The notes below the pieces were generated by a model. It was not told where the DNA came from and searched no databases. It worked only from the letters and a program-made list of their open reading frames with translations. Positions 10,374-21,001 of a stretch of 63,008 bases of DNA are shown one piece after another. The position numbers were made by a program, and so were the translations under genes. Position 1 is the first letter of the stretch. Each line of letters begins with the position of its first letter. The stretch is from an uncultured Mycoplasmatota bacterium (lineage in GTDB: Bacteria > Bacillota_I > Bacilli_A > RF39 > UBA660): assembly GCA_947576095.1 (NCBI GenBank), contig CANPPW010000003.1, positions 1 to 63,008 on the forward strand, in the 5' to 3' direction.

Positions 10374-11298
10374 AAAAAAATTTATCAAAATGTTTTTAGT
10401 ATTATTTTTAGTTATCTCTTTAACAGGATGTACTAAAGTATTAAAGGATAAAAATAAAAAGGTAGTAACAAATGAAGTAACAGGTCAAAGTTTAACAGAA
10501 AACATTCTTTGTAAACCTGAGTCAAATGAAACTTTAAAAAAATATAAAGAAAATAAAGTTGATTTATCCAAATTACCCCAATGTCGAGATTTTAAAGTAA
10601 CAAGTGGTGGATATGAAGGAATATGGACGACTATTTTTGTAAAACCTTTAGCATTTATTATTATTAAAATAGGAGAATTTGTAAAAAACTATGGATTTGC
10701 AGTAATCATTGTTACACTTTTGATTCGTTTAATTCTGTATCCTATTACTAAAAAGACAGCAATGCAATCTGAAAATTTAACTAAAGCAAAACCTGAATTA
10801 GAAAAAATAGAAAAAAAATATAAAAATAAAAATTTAAATGATCAAGCAATAATGATGCAAAAATCACAAGAAATGATGGCAATTTATAAAAATTATAGTA
10901 TTAATCCTATGTCAGGATGTTTATTTTCATTTATTCAAATTCCCTTATTTTTCGCTTTTTATGAAGCTCTCAATCGATTGCCGATTATATTTGAAGGAAC
11001 TTTTTTAGGTTTTGGTCTTGGAACAAGTCCAATGACAGCAATGGGAAAAGGGAATTATATATATATAATTATTATAGTATTAGTGATTGGTGCTACATAT
11101 TTGTCGATGAAATTAAATAAAACTGCTACTATGAGTGCTGAACAAGAACAACAAATGAAAATGATGAGTAATATGATGGTTATTTTTATAGGGATTGCAT
11201 CTTTAACTATTTCTACAAGTATTGCCTTATATTGGATTACCAATAATACATTTACAATTATTCAGAATCTTCTTGTAAAAAGGAGGAAAGCAGCATGA
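10363..11298 (+). CDS. yidC: Membrane protein insertase YidC/SpoIIIJ-type (lipoprotein)
   Basis: 311 aa. Lipobox LTGC after the signal peptide, multi-TM core with the YidC-like segment LLIRLILYPITKK. Conserved rnpA-yidC-jag order. Confidence 0.88.
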   Translation: MKNKKKFIKMFLVLFLVISLTGCTKVLKDKNKKVVTNEVTGQSLTENILCKPESNETLKKYKENKVDLSKLPQCRDFKVTSGGYEGIWTTIFVKPLAFIIIKIGEFVKNYGFAVIIVTLLIRLILYPITKKTAMQSENLTKAKPELEKIEKKYKNKNLNDQAIMMQKSQEMMAIYKNYSINPMSGCLFSFIQIPLFFAFYEALNRLPIIFEGTFLGFGLGTSPMTAMGKGNYIYIIIIVLVIGATYLSMKLNKTATMSAEQEQQMKMMSNMMVIFIGIASLTISTSIALYWITNNTFTIIQNLLVKRRKAA

Positions 11299-11906
11299 AA
11301 ATATATGAAAACGAATCTAAACAAAAGCAAGATGCTCTAAGTGCATGTTTGGAACAGGCAAATGCAAGTATAGAAGAGGTTTTATATGAGGAGATGGAAA
11401 TAGCTAAATCATTATTTAAAGGAACAAAATATAAAGTAATCGTTGTAACAAAGGAAGAAATAAAAAATCATATCATTCAATATCTACATTCTTTAGGAAA
11501 TGTTATGAATCTTCATATGATTCCAACAGTAAAAGAAGAAAATGGATCTTTTCATGTATATCTTGAATCTAATAATAATGCTATTTTAATAGGGAAAGAG
11601 GGTAGAGTTCTAAGGGCTTTACAAATATTATTAAAACAAAATTTAATAAATGAGACGGGAATTTCTATTAAAGTAAGTTTAGATATTTCGGGGTATAGAG
11701 AAAAGAAATTAAAGCAATTAGAAATTGAGATTAGAAAACTTGCGAATGATGTAGCACATACAAAGGTAGATGTTAAATTAGACCCAATGAATTCTTATGA
11801 GAGAAGATTTGTTCATAATATCATAAGTGAATATAGTATGCTGAATACAGAAAGTATAGGAGAAGAACCTACTAGATCTATCATCATTTCTTATAAACAA
11901 GATTAA
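11295..11906 (+). CDS. jag: Jag/KhpB-type RNA-binding protein (KH + R3H)
   Basis: 203 aa. C-terminal R3H motif (YERRFVHNIISEY). ATGA overlap with yidC. Confidence 0.85.
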   Translation: MKIYENESKQKQDALSACLEQANASIEEVLYEEMEIAKSLFKGTKYKVIVVTKEEIKNHIIQYLHSLGNVMNLHMIPTVKEENGSFHVYLESNNNAILIGKEGRVLRALQILLKQNLINETGISIKVSLDISGYREKKLKQLEIEIRKLANDVAHTKVDVKLDPMNSYERRFVHNIISEYSMLNTESIGEEPTRSIIISYKQD

Positions 11907-11965
11907 ATATAATCTTGTTTTTTTTATCGTTTTTATATATAATGAACGAGGAAAAGGGGAACTTT

Positions 11966-12484
11966 ATGAAGAAAGAGGAAAAGAAAGAATTTTATAAAAT
12001 AGTAGCATCTATTATAAATAATAAAGAGTTTCAGCGTAGAAAAACATTTAAACATCATGGGGATGAAAGTGTTTTTGATCATTCTTTGAAAGTAGCTCTT
12101 TTATCGTACTCCTTAGCAAAAAAGTTTCATTTAGATGCACAAAGTTGTGCGATTGGAGGCTTGTTGCATGATTTTTATACAAAACCTTGGATGGATAATA
12201 AAGTAAAAGGAAAAAAGATAACAGAATTACATGGGTTTGTTCATGCCAAAGAAGCCTATCAAAATGCTTTAAAAGAATTTCCTTATTTGATGACCCCTAA
12301 AATTAAGGATATCATTGTAAAACATATGTTTCCCCTTACACCTCTCCCCCCTTCATATGCAGAAAGCTGGATTGTTACTCTTTCTGATAAAATTGTTTCA
12401 ATGAGTGTTTTCAAAAAACCAAAAGATCTGCCAATGTATTTAGGTATAAATAAAAAAAAGAAAAGAAGTGATAAAAATGAATGA
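11966..12484 (+). CDS. HD-domain phosphohydrolase
   Basis: Internal ATG at 11966 preceded by aagggga. Contains H..(H)HG, DHSLKVA and GGLLHDF motifs. The longer 11915 start lacks an RBS. Confidence 0.7.
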   Translation: MKKEEKKEFYKIVASIINNKEFQRRKTFKHHGDESVFDHSLKVALLSYSLAKKFHLDAQSCAIGGLLHDFYTKPWMDNKVKGKKITELHGFVHAKEAYQNALKEFPYLMTPKIKDIIVKHMFPLTPLPPSYAESWIVTLSDKIVSMSVFKKPKDLPMYLGINKKKKRSDKNE

Positions 12485-13832
12485 TACAATTGCTGCGATT
12501 GCTACAGCACTAGGAATTGGTTCTATCTCTATTATTAGAATAAGTGGGGAAAAGGCGATTACAATTGTGAATCGTATTTTTAAAGGTGCAGATTTAAAAG
12601 AGGTGGATTCTCACACAATCCATTATGGATTTATTATGAATGGGGCAGAAAAGATAGATGAGGTTTTAGTAACTGTTATGAGGGCTCCTAAAAGTTTTAC
12701 AACAGAGGATGTTGTTGAGATTAACTGTCATGGTGGAATTGCGGCCACAAATAAGGTATTGGAAATGTTGTTAATAAATGGTATTCGTTTAGCTGAACCA
12801 GGTGAATTTACAAAAAGAGCCTTTTTGAATGGTCGTATTGATTTATTAGAGGCAGAAGGAATTATGGATTTAATTGAGGCTAAAACGGAAAAGAAAAGGA
12901 GCCTTGCTCTTTCTCAAATGGGAGGGAAGATTTCAAATTTAATTCGAGATTTAAGAAAAGATATTGTTGAGATTATATCACATATAGAAGTGAATATTGA
13001 TTATCCAGAATATGAAGATATAGAAGTATTAAAAAAAGAAGATATTCTTCCTAAATTAGAGAAAATAGATCAAAAAATAAATCATATATTAAAAGAAAGT
13101 AATGATGCAAGTATTATTGAAGATGGAATTTTAACTGCTATTATCGGAAGACCAAATGTAGGAAAGAGTAGTCTTTTAAATGTATTACTAGATGAAGAAA
13201 AAGCCATTGTGACAGATATTCCTGGAACTACTAGAGATATTGTAGAAGGCCTGGTTCCTATAGACGGAATTTTACTTAAGATAATTGACACTGCAGGAAT
13301 TAGAAATACAGAAGATAAAGTAGAAAGTATAGGTGTAAAGAAGAGTTATGATTTTATAGAAAAGGCAGATTTAATTTTGTTTGTTTTAAATTATAATCAA
13401 TCTCTTACTCGCGAAGATTTACAAATATTAGAAAAAATAAAAAATAAAAATTATATAGTTGTTATTAATAAAGTAGATTTAGAACGTAGGATAGAAGTAG
13501 AAAAACTTCCATATGAAAAAACAGTTTATATGAGTGCTTTAAAAAAATCTGGTGTAGAAAAAATAAAAACCAAGATTCATGAAATGTATCATTTAGAAAA
13601 ATTAGAAACACAGGATCCCACATATTTAACGAATGCAAGAAGTCTTGCATTATTAGAAAAAGCGAAGATATCTCTTGAAAATGGAAGAAAGGCTTTAGAA
13701 AATGGTATCTGTGTAGATATGGCAGAAATCGATATAAGAGAAGCTTGGAGTATATTGGGGGAAATTACAGGTGATACTTATACAAATGAACTCATTGATG
13801 AACTATTTAGTAGATTTTGTTTAGGAAAATAG
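12477..13832 (+). CDS. mnmE: tRNA modification GTPase MnmE
   Basis: DTIAAIAT N-terminus, G-domain GRPNVGKSSLLN and DTAG, C-terminal FCLGK. The start could instead be GTG at 12468. Confidence 0.93.
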   Translation: MNDTIAAIATALGIGSISIIRISGEKAITIVNRIFKGADLKEVDSHTIHYGFIMNGAEKIDEVLVTVMRAPKSFTTEDVVEINCHGGIAATNKVLEMLLINGIRLAEPGEFTKRAFLNGRIDLLEAEGIMDLIEAKTEKKRSLALSQMGGKISNLIRDLRKDIVEIISHIEVNIDYPEYEDIEVLKKEDILPKLEKIDQKINHILKESNDASIIEDGILTAIIGRPNVGKSSLLNVLLDEEKAIVTDIPGTTRDIVEGLVPIDGILLKIIDTAGIRNTEDKVESIGVKKSYDFIEKADLILFVLNYNQSLTREDLQILEKIKNKNYIVVINKVDLERRIEVEKLPYEKTVYMSALKKSGVEKIKTKIHEMYHLEKLETQDPTYLTNARSLALLEKAKISLENGRKALENGICVDMAEIDIREAWSILGEITGDTYTNELIDELFSRFCLGK

Positions 13833-13906
13833 TAAATTTTATATAGAAGTTTTCTTGTTATTCTTATCAATGAATAGTATAATAGCTTAGAAAAAGAGGC
13901 GGTAAG

Positions 13907-15778
13907 ATGAAATATGAAGTGATTGTTGTAGGTGGTGGTCATGCGGGGTGTGAAGCATCTCTTGCCAGTGCTAGAAAAGGCCATAGAACTCTTCTTATTA
14001 CAGGCAGAATTGGGAATATAGCAACCATGCCTTGTAATCCATCTATTGGTGGGAGTGCCAAAGGGATTGTTGTAAGGGAAATAGATGCTCTTGGTGGAGA
14101 AATGGGGAAAAATGCAGATCAATCGTTATTACAGATGAAGATGTTAAACTATAAAAAAGGACCTGCTGTTCGTGCATTAAGAGCCCAAGCAGATAAAGTA
14201 ACATATCCTCAAAACATGTTACAAACATTACAAAATACAGATTATTTAGATATAAAAGAGGGAATTGTTGAAGACTTAATAGTAGAAGAACATAAAGTTC
14301 AAGGGGTAGTTCTTGAAGACAGCGAAAAGATTTTATCAAATATGGTAATATTAACCACAGGAACCTATTTGAAAGCAGATATATTAGTGGGAGATACAAG
14401 AAGAAGAGAAGGTCCTAATGGAGAGAGACCAAGTGAATTTTTAAGTGATCGATTAAAGGAATTAGGATTTAAAATCATTCGTTTAAAAACGGGAACACCT
14501 CAGAGAATTGAAAAAAGATCGATTGATTTTACAAAAGTAAAATTGGAATTAGGAGATTCTAAATTATATACATTTAGTCATGATAATGAAGCCTATTATC
14601 AGGTAGAAGAACAGATTCCATGTCATTTAGTATATACCAATGAAAAGACACATCAAATTATCAGGGAGAATTTAAGTAAATCTAGTATGTATGGTGGATT
14701 AAATGATATTGAGGGGATTGGACCTAGATATTGTCCATCCATTGAAGATAAAATTGTTAGATTTAGTGATAAAGAAAGACATCAACTCTTTTTAGAACCA
14801 GAAAGTCTTTATTATGATGATATTTATTTGCAAGGATTTTCCACAAGTATGCCATATGATGTACAAGAAGATATGGTTCATAGTTTAGAAGGATTTGAAC
14901 ACGCTATTATAAAAAAATATGCATATGCCATTGAATATGATGCAATATACCCAACACAACTTAAACAATCCTTAGAAACAAAATTAATCGAAAATTTATT
15001 TACAGCAGGACAAATTAATGGAACAAGTGGATATGAAGAAGCCGCTTGTCAGGGTCTTATGGCAGGTATTAATGCTTCTTTAAAGTTAGAAGGGAAAGAG
15101 CCATTAGTTCTTAGAAGAAGTGATGCTTATATAGGGGTACTTATTGATGATTTGGTAACAAAAGGTGTAAGGGATCCATATCGATTGTTAACATCAAGGG
15201 CTGAGTATAGACTTCTCTTAAGACACGATAACGCTGATTTGAGATTAAGAGAATATGGTTATCAAGTTGGTTTAATTGATGAAAAAAAATATCAGAAGTA
15301 TTTAGATAAAAAAAATAAAATACAAGAATTGACGAATCTTTTAAAAAATACAAAAATAACTCCTAAAAAAAATATAAATGAATATTTTGAAAAAATAGGA
15401 AGTCCTATTTTAAAAGATTCTATAAGTTTATATAATTTATTAAAAAGACAAGAATTTGATATGGACAAACTGAAACAATTTATAGAGATTCCATATGATA
15501 AAGAAATTACTGAGGAAGTAGAGTTATTTAATAAGTATGAGGGGTATATAAAAAAGGCAGAAGAAGAAGTTCGAAAAATGCTTTCTTTAGAAGATGAGAA
15601 GATTCCAGATTTTATCAATTATGATAGGATTAAAAATTTAGCGAGTGAAGCAAAACAAAAGCTAAAGGAAGTAAAGCCAACTTCTATTGGACAAGCAATG
15701 CGTATTAGTGGTGTAAATCCTTCTGATATTTCTATATTGATGATTTATTTAAAAAAAGGAGAAAAGAATGGGAAATAG
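13907..15778 (+). CDS. mnmG: tRNA uridine 5-carboxymethylaminomethyl modification enzyme MnmG
   Basis: 623 aa. FAD motif VVGGGHAGCEA. Conserved mnmE-mnmG-rsmG order. Confidence 0.96.
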   Translation: MKYEVIVVGGGHAGCEASLASARKGHRTLLITGRIGNIATMPCNPSIGGSAKGIVVREIDALGGEMGKNADQSLLQMKMLNYKKGPAVRALRAQADKVTYPQNMLQTLQNTDYLDIKEGIVEDLIVEEHKVQGVVLEDSEKILSNMVILTTGTYLKADILVGDTRRREGPNGERPSEFLSDRLKELGFKIIRLKTGTPQRIEKRSIDFTKVKLELGDSKLYTFSHDNEAYYQVEEQIPCHLVYTNEKTHQIIRENLSKSSMYGGLNDIEGIGPRYCPSIEDKIVRFSDKERHQLFLEPESLYYDDIYLQGFSTSMPYDVQEDMVHSLEGFEHAIIKKYAYAIEYDAIYPTQLKQSLETKLIENLFTAGQINGTSGYEEAACQGLMAGINASLKLEGKEPLVLRRSDAYIGVLIDDLVTKGVRDPYRLLTSRAEYRLLLRHDNADLRLREYGYQVGLIDEKKYQKYLDKKNKIQELTNLLKNTKITPKKNINEYFEKIGSPILKDSISLYNLLKRQEFDMDKLKQFIEIPYDKEITEEVELFNKYEGYIKKAEEEVRKMLSLEDEKIPDFINYDRIKNLASEAKQKLKEVKPTSIGQAMRISGVNPSDISILMIYLKKGEKNGK

Positions 15779-16472
15779 TGAATTTATTAAAGAATTAGAA
15801 AATTTAAATATATATATGAATTCATCTCAAGCATCTCAATTAGAAAAATATTATACATTATTAATAGAGTGGAACCAAAAAATGAATTTAACAGGAATTA
15901 CAAAAAAAGAGGATGTTTATTTAAAACACTTTTATGATAGTGCAACTCTATCAAAAATAATTAATTTAAAAGATTATAAAAGTTTATGTGATATTGGCAC
16001 AGGAGCAGGATTTCCTGGAATGATATTAAAGATTTTATTTCCTCATTTACAAGTAACATTAATAGATTCACTGCATAAAAGAATTCATTTTTTAAAGGAA
16101 GTTATTCATGAACTTTCTTTAGATGGTATCACCGTCATTGAAGAAAGAGCAGAAGAGTATGCTAAAATCCATAGGGAAAAATTTGATATTGTTACTTCAC
16201 GTGCTGTCGCACCACTTTCTATTTTAATGGAATACTCTGTTCCTCTTCTAAAAGTAGATGGTTATTTTATTCCTATGAAAGGGAAAATAGAAGATGAAAT
16301 GAAAAATATAGGCAAAGCAACTATTCAATTAGGGATTGAATTAGAAGAAAAACAGATTTTTACATTACCTATTGAGAACAGTCAAAGATCATTAATCAAA
16401 TTTAAAAAGAAAAAAATAACAAATATAAAATATCCAAGAAAGTATAATGAAATAAAAAAACATCCTTTATAA
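15768..16472 (+). CDS. rsmG: 16S rRNA (guanine527-N7)-methyltransferase
   Basis: 234 aa. SAM motif DIGTGAGFPG. Follows mnmG. Confidence 0.93.
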   Translation: MGNSEFIKELENLNIYMNSSQASQLEKYYTLLIEWNQKMNLTGITKKEDVYLKHFYDSATLSKIINLKDYKSLCDIGTGAGFPGMILKILFPHLQVTLIDSLHKRIHFLKEVIHELSLDGITVIEERAEEYAKIHREKFDIVTSRAVAPLSILMEYSVPLLKVDGYFIPMKGKIEDEMKNIGKATIQLGIELEEKQIFTLPIENSQRSLIKFKKKKITNIKYPRKYNEIKKHPL

Positions 16473-16931
16473 TAAAGATGTCCATAATTCTTTTAAATTT
16501 TTATATTGTGTAAGATTATGAGAGAATATATAGTACATATTTAGAACATAAACTTGATAAAAATCTTGAGGTATTTCTAAATCTTTATCTTTATATGACC
16601 AAGAATAAGTTACTTCTTTCATTTCATTTTCATATAGTATAAAGTTATATTGTATAATTTCATCAATTGTAGAAAGATAGTTTTTTACTATCTTTTTTCT
16701 TTTAATCCCGTATTCTAAAATAGAAAAGTTATTGCGACTATCCCAATTTGGTGTAGTTATAATGATTTGTAAAAAAGTTATCTTGCTTCCAAATATTAGA
16801 TAATGAATGGTATCATTTTTTAAGTCAATATAGAAAATAAAAGGATCATTTATGTTTCTTATTTCTTTTAGTAATTTACTGTGAAAGATTTTATCTTTTA
16901 ATTTTTTTTCATTTTTTAGAAGAAAATTCAT
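16467..16931 (-). CDS. Hypothetical protein (no recognisable domain)
   Basis: 154-aa ORF, convergent with rsmG. One of very few minus-strand genes right of oriC. Confidence 0.45.
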   Translation of the reverse strand: MNFLLKNEKKLKDKIFHSKLLKEIRNINDPFIFYIDLKNDTIHYLIFGSKITFLQIIITTPNWDSRNNFSILEYGIKRKKIVKNYLSTIDEIIQYNFILYENEMKEVTYSWSYKDKDLEIPQDFYQVYVLNMYYIFSHNLTQYKNLKELWTSLL

Positions 16932-17102
16932 ACACTCACCTCATCATTAACATACACGATGTATACTAAAATTACAAATGGTAAATATTGTAAATATAAG
17001 TATATATTTTTGCAAATATGATAAATATAAAAATTTTATTGAATTATTTCCCAAATTATAGTAATATAGATGTATAAGAGAATAAAGTAGGAGGATTGTG
17101 TG

Positions 17103-19076
17103 ATGAAAGGCGAAGCAAATGTAGTCATGCTCCATATAAATGATATTTTGCCTAATCGATTTCAACCCCGCATTAAATTTAATGAAAATAAAATAGGGGA
17201 ATTGGCAGAATCTATAAAAAAGTATGGAGTGATTCAACCTATCATTGTTAGAAGAGTTGGCGATAAATATGAAATCATTGCTGGTGAAAGACGCTATAAA
17301 GCAAGTGTTTTAGCAAATCTTAAAGAAATTCCAGCGATTATTAATAACTTAGATGATAAAGATAGTTCTGAAGTAGCACTAATTGAAAATGTTCAAAGAG
17401 AGAATTTAACTCCAATTGAAGAAGCTATTTCCTATAAAAAAATATTAGACATGGGGTATCATACCCAGGAGAATTTAGCAACTAAATTAGGAGTCAGTCA
17501 GAGTGCTGTTGCAAATAAACTTAGACTTTTGAATTTAACAGAAGAAGTGCAAGAAGCATTGTTGGAAAATAAAATTTCAGAAAGACATGCTAGATCTTTA
17601 TTAAAATTGAAAAATAACAATGATCAAGTACAAATGCTTTATCGTGTAATACAAGAGAGATTAACCGTAAGAAAATTAGATGAGGAAATAGAAAAATTAT
17701 TACAAAAAGAATCTCAAAATTCTACTTTAGAAGAAAAAGAAGATTTAAATGAAGAAATAGAAATTCTGAATATTTTAAACTCTTATAAAGAAGAAAAGAA
17801 AAATAAAGAAAAAAAAGAGGAGGAAAAAAATATGAACCCAAATGATCCAATGAATCAATTTGATATCCCTGAAGTAAATATGACAAATAATAATATTCAG
17901 GGAGTTTCAAATAATCAGGTGCAGGCACCACTTTCAGACGCTAATGTTAATAATTTTATAAATAATAATCTAGGAGGAACTATAGTTGATAATTCAGTTC
18001 CAGATACAACAATCAATCCAACAACAAATGCGAGTACACCTGGTTTTATGGATATTGATAGAATTCAAAGAGAGGCTATGGATATAACAGGTACAACTCC
18101 AATTCATCCTACACCAGTGCAAGCAGATCCAACTTTGATAAATATGGATTCGCAACCATCATCCCAAGTAGGACAGATGGAACAACAAGGAAAATTTTTT
18201 GATGTTTTACCAAGTATGCAAAATCATCAGGAAAATATAGGAATTCAGAATGAAAATCCAACATTTATGAATTCAAATTCCTCTGTTTCAACCCCTTCAA
18301 TAGGTGAGAATTCTAATTTTACTAATATTTTAGAAAATCCAACAATAGATCCTATTCCAATGCAAAATGTATCTAGTATAAATGAAAATGGGAATCTGCC
18401 TAGTTCTTTTGATCAACCAGTATCAACATCAATTGAAACAGAAAATCGTTCTGAAGGTGAATCTACTCCTTTATCTGGAATCAATATGCAACCTAATAAT
18501 ATTCCATTAGAAGGTCCTATTGTTGTAGATCCATTTCAGACAAGTCCAATGAATAATAATTCAGTAGAAATACCAGTAAATATACCATCTAATGATACAA
18601 CTCATAATGAGGTAGTTTCTCCATTACCAACTTTTGATTTTAATATGCAGAGTCCATCTTCTCAAATGGTAATGCCTGAGACGAATATTCAAGTGGACAT
18701 GCCTATTGCAGAACAAGTATTACCTTCTGAAAGTGATACTATGACTCATCAGGCAATGAATATGGGAATCCCAGAAGTTCCTATTATAGAGCCAATTCCA
18801 GTAAATCCTCTTTCTCAGGAACCTATTCGAACTATAGATGGAGTAGCCCCATTAGAGGCAGAAGTACCAATCCCAGTTCAAGGGTCGCCAATTATGAATG
18901 AATCCATAAATTCATTTAATATGAATTCTCAATCCACAAACACAGTTAATATTCAAATGGCTATAAATGTAATAAATAGAGCAAATGAAGAATTAAAAAA
19001 TCTTGGATTTACTACTACAGTGGAAGATTTAGATTTAGGAAATTTACACCAAATTACAATTAGAATTAATAAATAG
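17103..19076 (+). CDS. parB: ParB/Spo0J/Noc-family protein with a long low-complexity insertion and a short C-terminal segment
   Basis: AGGAGGA RBS 7 nt before the ATG at 17103. The N-terminal ~200 aa carry ParB motifs (IQPIIVR, IIAGERRYKA, ALIENVQRENL, HTH LATKLGVSQSAVANKL). The next ~420 aa are N/Q/P/S/T-rich, followed by a ~40-aa non-repetitive C-terminal segment. Confidence 0.88.
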   Translation: MKGEANVVMLHINDILPNRFQPRIKFNENKIGELAESIKKYGVIQPIIVRRVGDKYEIIAGERRYKASVLANLKEIPAIINNLDDKDSSEVALIENVQRENLTPIEEAISYKKILDMGYHTQENLATKLGVSQSAVANKLRLLNLTEEVQEALLENKISERHARSLLKLKNNNDQVQMLYRVIQERLTVRKLDEEIEKLLQKESQNSTLEEKEDLNEEIEILNILNSYKEEKKNKEKKEEEKNMNPNDPMNQFDIPEVNMTNNNIQGVSNNQVQAPLSDANVNNFINNNLGGTIVDNSVPDTTINPTTNASTPGFMDIDRIQREAMDITGTTPIHPTPVQADPTLINMDSQPSSQVGQMEQQGKFFDVLPSMQNHQENIGIQNENPTFMNSNSSVSTPSIGENSNFTNILENPTIDPIPMQNVSSINENGNLPSSFDQPVSTSIETENRSEGESTPLSGINMQPNNIPLEGPIVVDPFQTSPMNNNSVEIPVNIPSNDTTHNEVVSPLPTFDFNMQSPSSQMVMPETNIQVDMPIAEQVLPSESDTMTHQAMNMGIPEVPIIEPIPVNPLSQEPIRTIDGVAPLEAEVPIPVQGSPIMNESINSFNMNSQSTNTVNIQMAINVINRANEELKNLGFTTTVEDLDLGNLHQITIRINK

Positions 19077-19097
19077 ATTTTTCTATTTATTTTTTTT
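19071..19097 (+). terminator. Rho-independent terminator of parB
   Basis: aaataga tttt tctattt followed by a T-run. The stem includes the TAG stop. Confidence 0.6.
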
Positions 19098-19354
19098 ATA
19101 TAGATGGTGTTGATTATTTTTAATATGAATAGAATCAAATGATCTTGAAATACCTGAGTATTCATGATACAATTTTAACTATATTTATGGAAAACTTTTT
19201 TATTGGTTTTATAAATTATTTAAAATAATAAAAAATGATTTGTCTTAATTTGGTTAGATTTTAAATTAGAATCTATGACAAGTAATAACAAGAATAAGAT
19301 TGTGGATTGATTTTCTTAAATAAAACTTATATATGAAAAAAAGAGTGAAGTATT

Positions 19355-19820
19355 ATGGAATATGATAAATTTTTAGCGAAATATAATAAGATTGATTTGA
19401 TAGAAAATTGTACCATTGATATTGACTTACTCAAAGTTATTCATAAATATTTATTTGGGGATAGTCCTAGTGAACAGTCAATTGTGGGAGTTTTCAGATA
19501 TACAAAAGGACAAGTGCTTATGATCGAATTAGGAAAATTTTAGAAAAGTTATCAATACTTATAAATAGAGATGTATCTATTGATAATATATTGCACTAGT
19601 ATGTAAGGGTATAGCTGTTATTTGGATGTATCAACCATTTTATGATGGAAATACTAGATGTTGCTTATTATTACAATGATTATTGTTGAAACAAAGAAAG
19701 TTAGAAATTCATTTTGATAGAAATACTTCTTTTATAGGAACTGTATATAGCGAAAATGATGAAATTCCATTTTTTATAGATAAAGTTAAAAAACATATTT
19801 TGAATATTGATAGTAGATAA
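19355..19820 (+). pseudogene. Decayed Fic/DOC-family gene
   Basis: A 62-aa N-terminal ORF is followed by out-of-frame pieces reading ...IAVIWMYQPFYDGNTRCCLLLQ*LLLKQRKLEIHF.... This is a degenerate HPFxDGNGR Fic motif with several stops and frame changes. Confidence 0.55.
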
Positions 19821-19854
19821 GATCATATTTGCATGTATATGAGGAGTTGACAGT

Positions 19855-20970
19855 ATGAAAAATAAAAACTACCAATTTGTGTTTTTATATGCAATTGGGT
19901 CTATTTTAATTGTTGCTGGACATTGTAATAATGGTAGTATTAATTTAGCATTTGATTTTTTTGATATTTATACATTTCATCTAGCATTATTTATTTTCGC
20001 ATCTGGGTATTTTTACAAAGAAAAGTATGAATCCAATCCTTTAAAGTATATATGGAAAAAATTTAAAAAACTTATTATTCCTATGTACATGGTGAATTTG
20101 TTTTGTGGAATTTTTATTTTAATCTTGAAAAGATATGGTTTCAGCATTGGTGCAGAGTTTAGTTTATATAATATACTTATTGCACCATTAAAAGATGGAC
20201 ATCAATTTGTATATAATATGTGTTTCTGGTTTGTTGTACCCTTATTTATGATAGAAAGTTTTAATATATTCATTAGAAAATTAAATAAAAAAATTGGATT
20301 TAATTATGAATATTTTAATACAATAGTATACTTTATGTTTGGAATAGGAGTATTATGTTTTGCAAAGTATGGTTCTAATATACAAAATCATTTATTTATT
20401 TTAAGATTTTTCTATTTTTTACCTTATTATCAATTAGGAATTTTATATCATAAAAAAATAGAAAAGCATGATACCCTTTGTAATGAAAAATATTTTCTAT
20501 TATTATTTGGCATTCAGTTTATTTTAATAACAATGAATAAAGGATTGCCTTCTTATTCTCCTTCATGGATGCAATTTAATGGACAGATTTTTCTACCCTA
20601 TTTAGAGGCGATCCTTGGTATTGCCTTTTGGCTTAGAATTTCTAAAATAATGGAAGAATATACTAAAAAAAGTAAATTAATAAATTGTGTAGCAGATCAT
20701 GCTTATTCTATCATGGCATATCAGTTTTTTGGATTCTTCTTTGTTAAATCTATATTTGCCCTATTTAGTAAGTATACACCTTGTTTCTCTAATTTTGATT
20801 TTGTAGCTTTTAAAAATAATGTTTGGTACTATTATTTACCATTTAATATGAATCAGTGGTTAATTGTTTATTTAATATTTGGAATTGTAACCCCTATTTT
20901 AATAAATAATATTATAGTATATTACAAGGAAAAAATAACAAATATTTTACCTATATTATATAGAAAATAA
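19855..20970 (+). CDS. Acyltransferase-3 family integral membrane protein
   Basis: 371 aa, about 10 predicted TM helices. N-terminal ...ILIVAGHC... with the conserved His typical of the family. Confidence 0.55.
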   Translation: MKNKNYQFVFLYAIGSILIVAGHCNNGSINLAFDFFDIYTFHLALFIFASGYFYKEKYESNPLKYIWKKFKKLIIPMYMVNLFCGIFILILKRYGFSIGAEFSLYNILIAPLKDGHQFVYNMCFWFVVPLFMIESFNIFIRKLNKKIGFNYEYFNTIVYFMFGIGVLCFAKYGSNIQNHLFILRFFYFLPYYQLGILYHKKIEKHDTLCNEKYFLLLFGIQFILITMNKGLPSYSPSWMQFNGQIFLPYLEAILGIAFWLRISKIMEEYTKKSKLINCVADHAYSIMAYQFFGFFFVKSIFALFSKYTPCFSNFDFVAFKNNVWYYYLPFNMNQWLIVYLIFGIVTPILINNIIVYYKEKITNILPILYRK

Positions 20971-21001
20971 ATTTTTAAGAAATATATAGAATAGTGAATA
21001 C

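Noticed and set aside
11295-11298. In-frame TGA codons in two relic genes suggested genetic code 4 (TGA=Trp)
   Set aside because: TGA plainly terminates conserved genes at ATGA overlaps (yidC/jag at 11295-11298, whiA/rsmA at 36919-36922). Trp is encoded by TGG throughout the housekeeping genes.
16947-17237. 96-aa minus-strand ORF overlapping the parB start
   Set aside because: It overlaps the parB RBS and N-terminus, has low-complexity composition and no homology cue. The region more likely holds the parB promoter.
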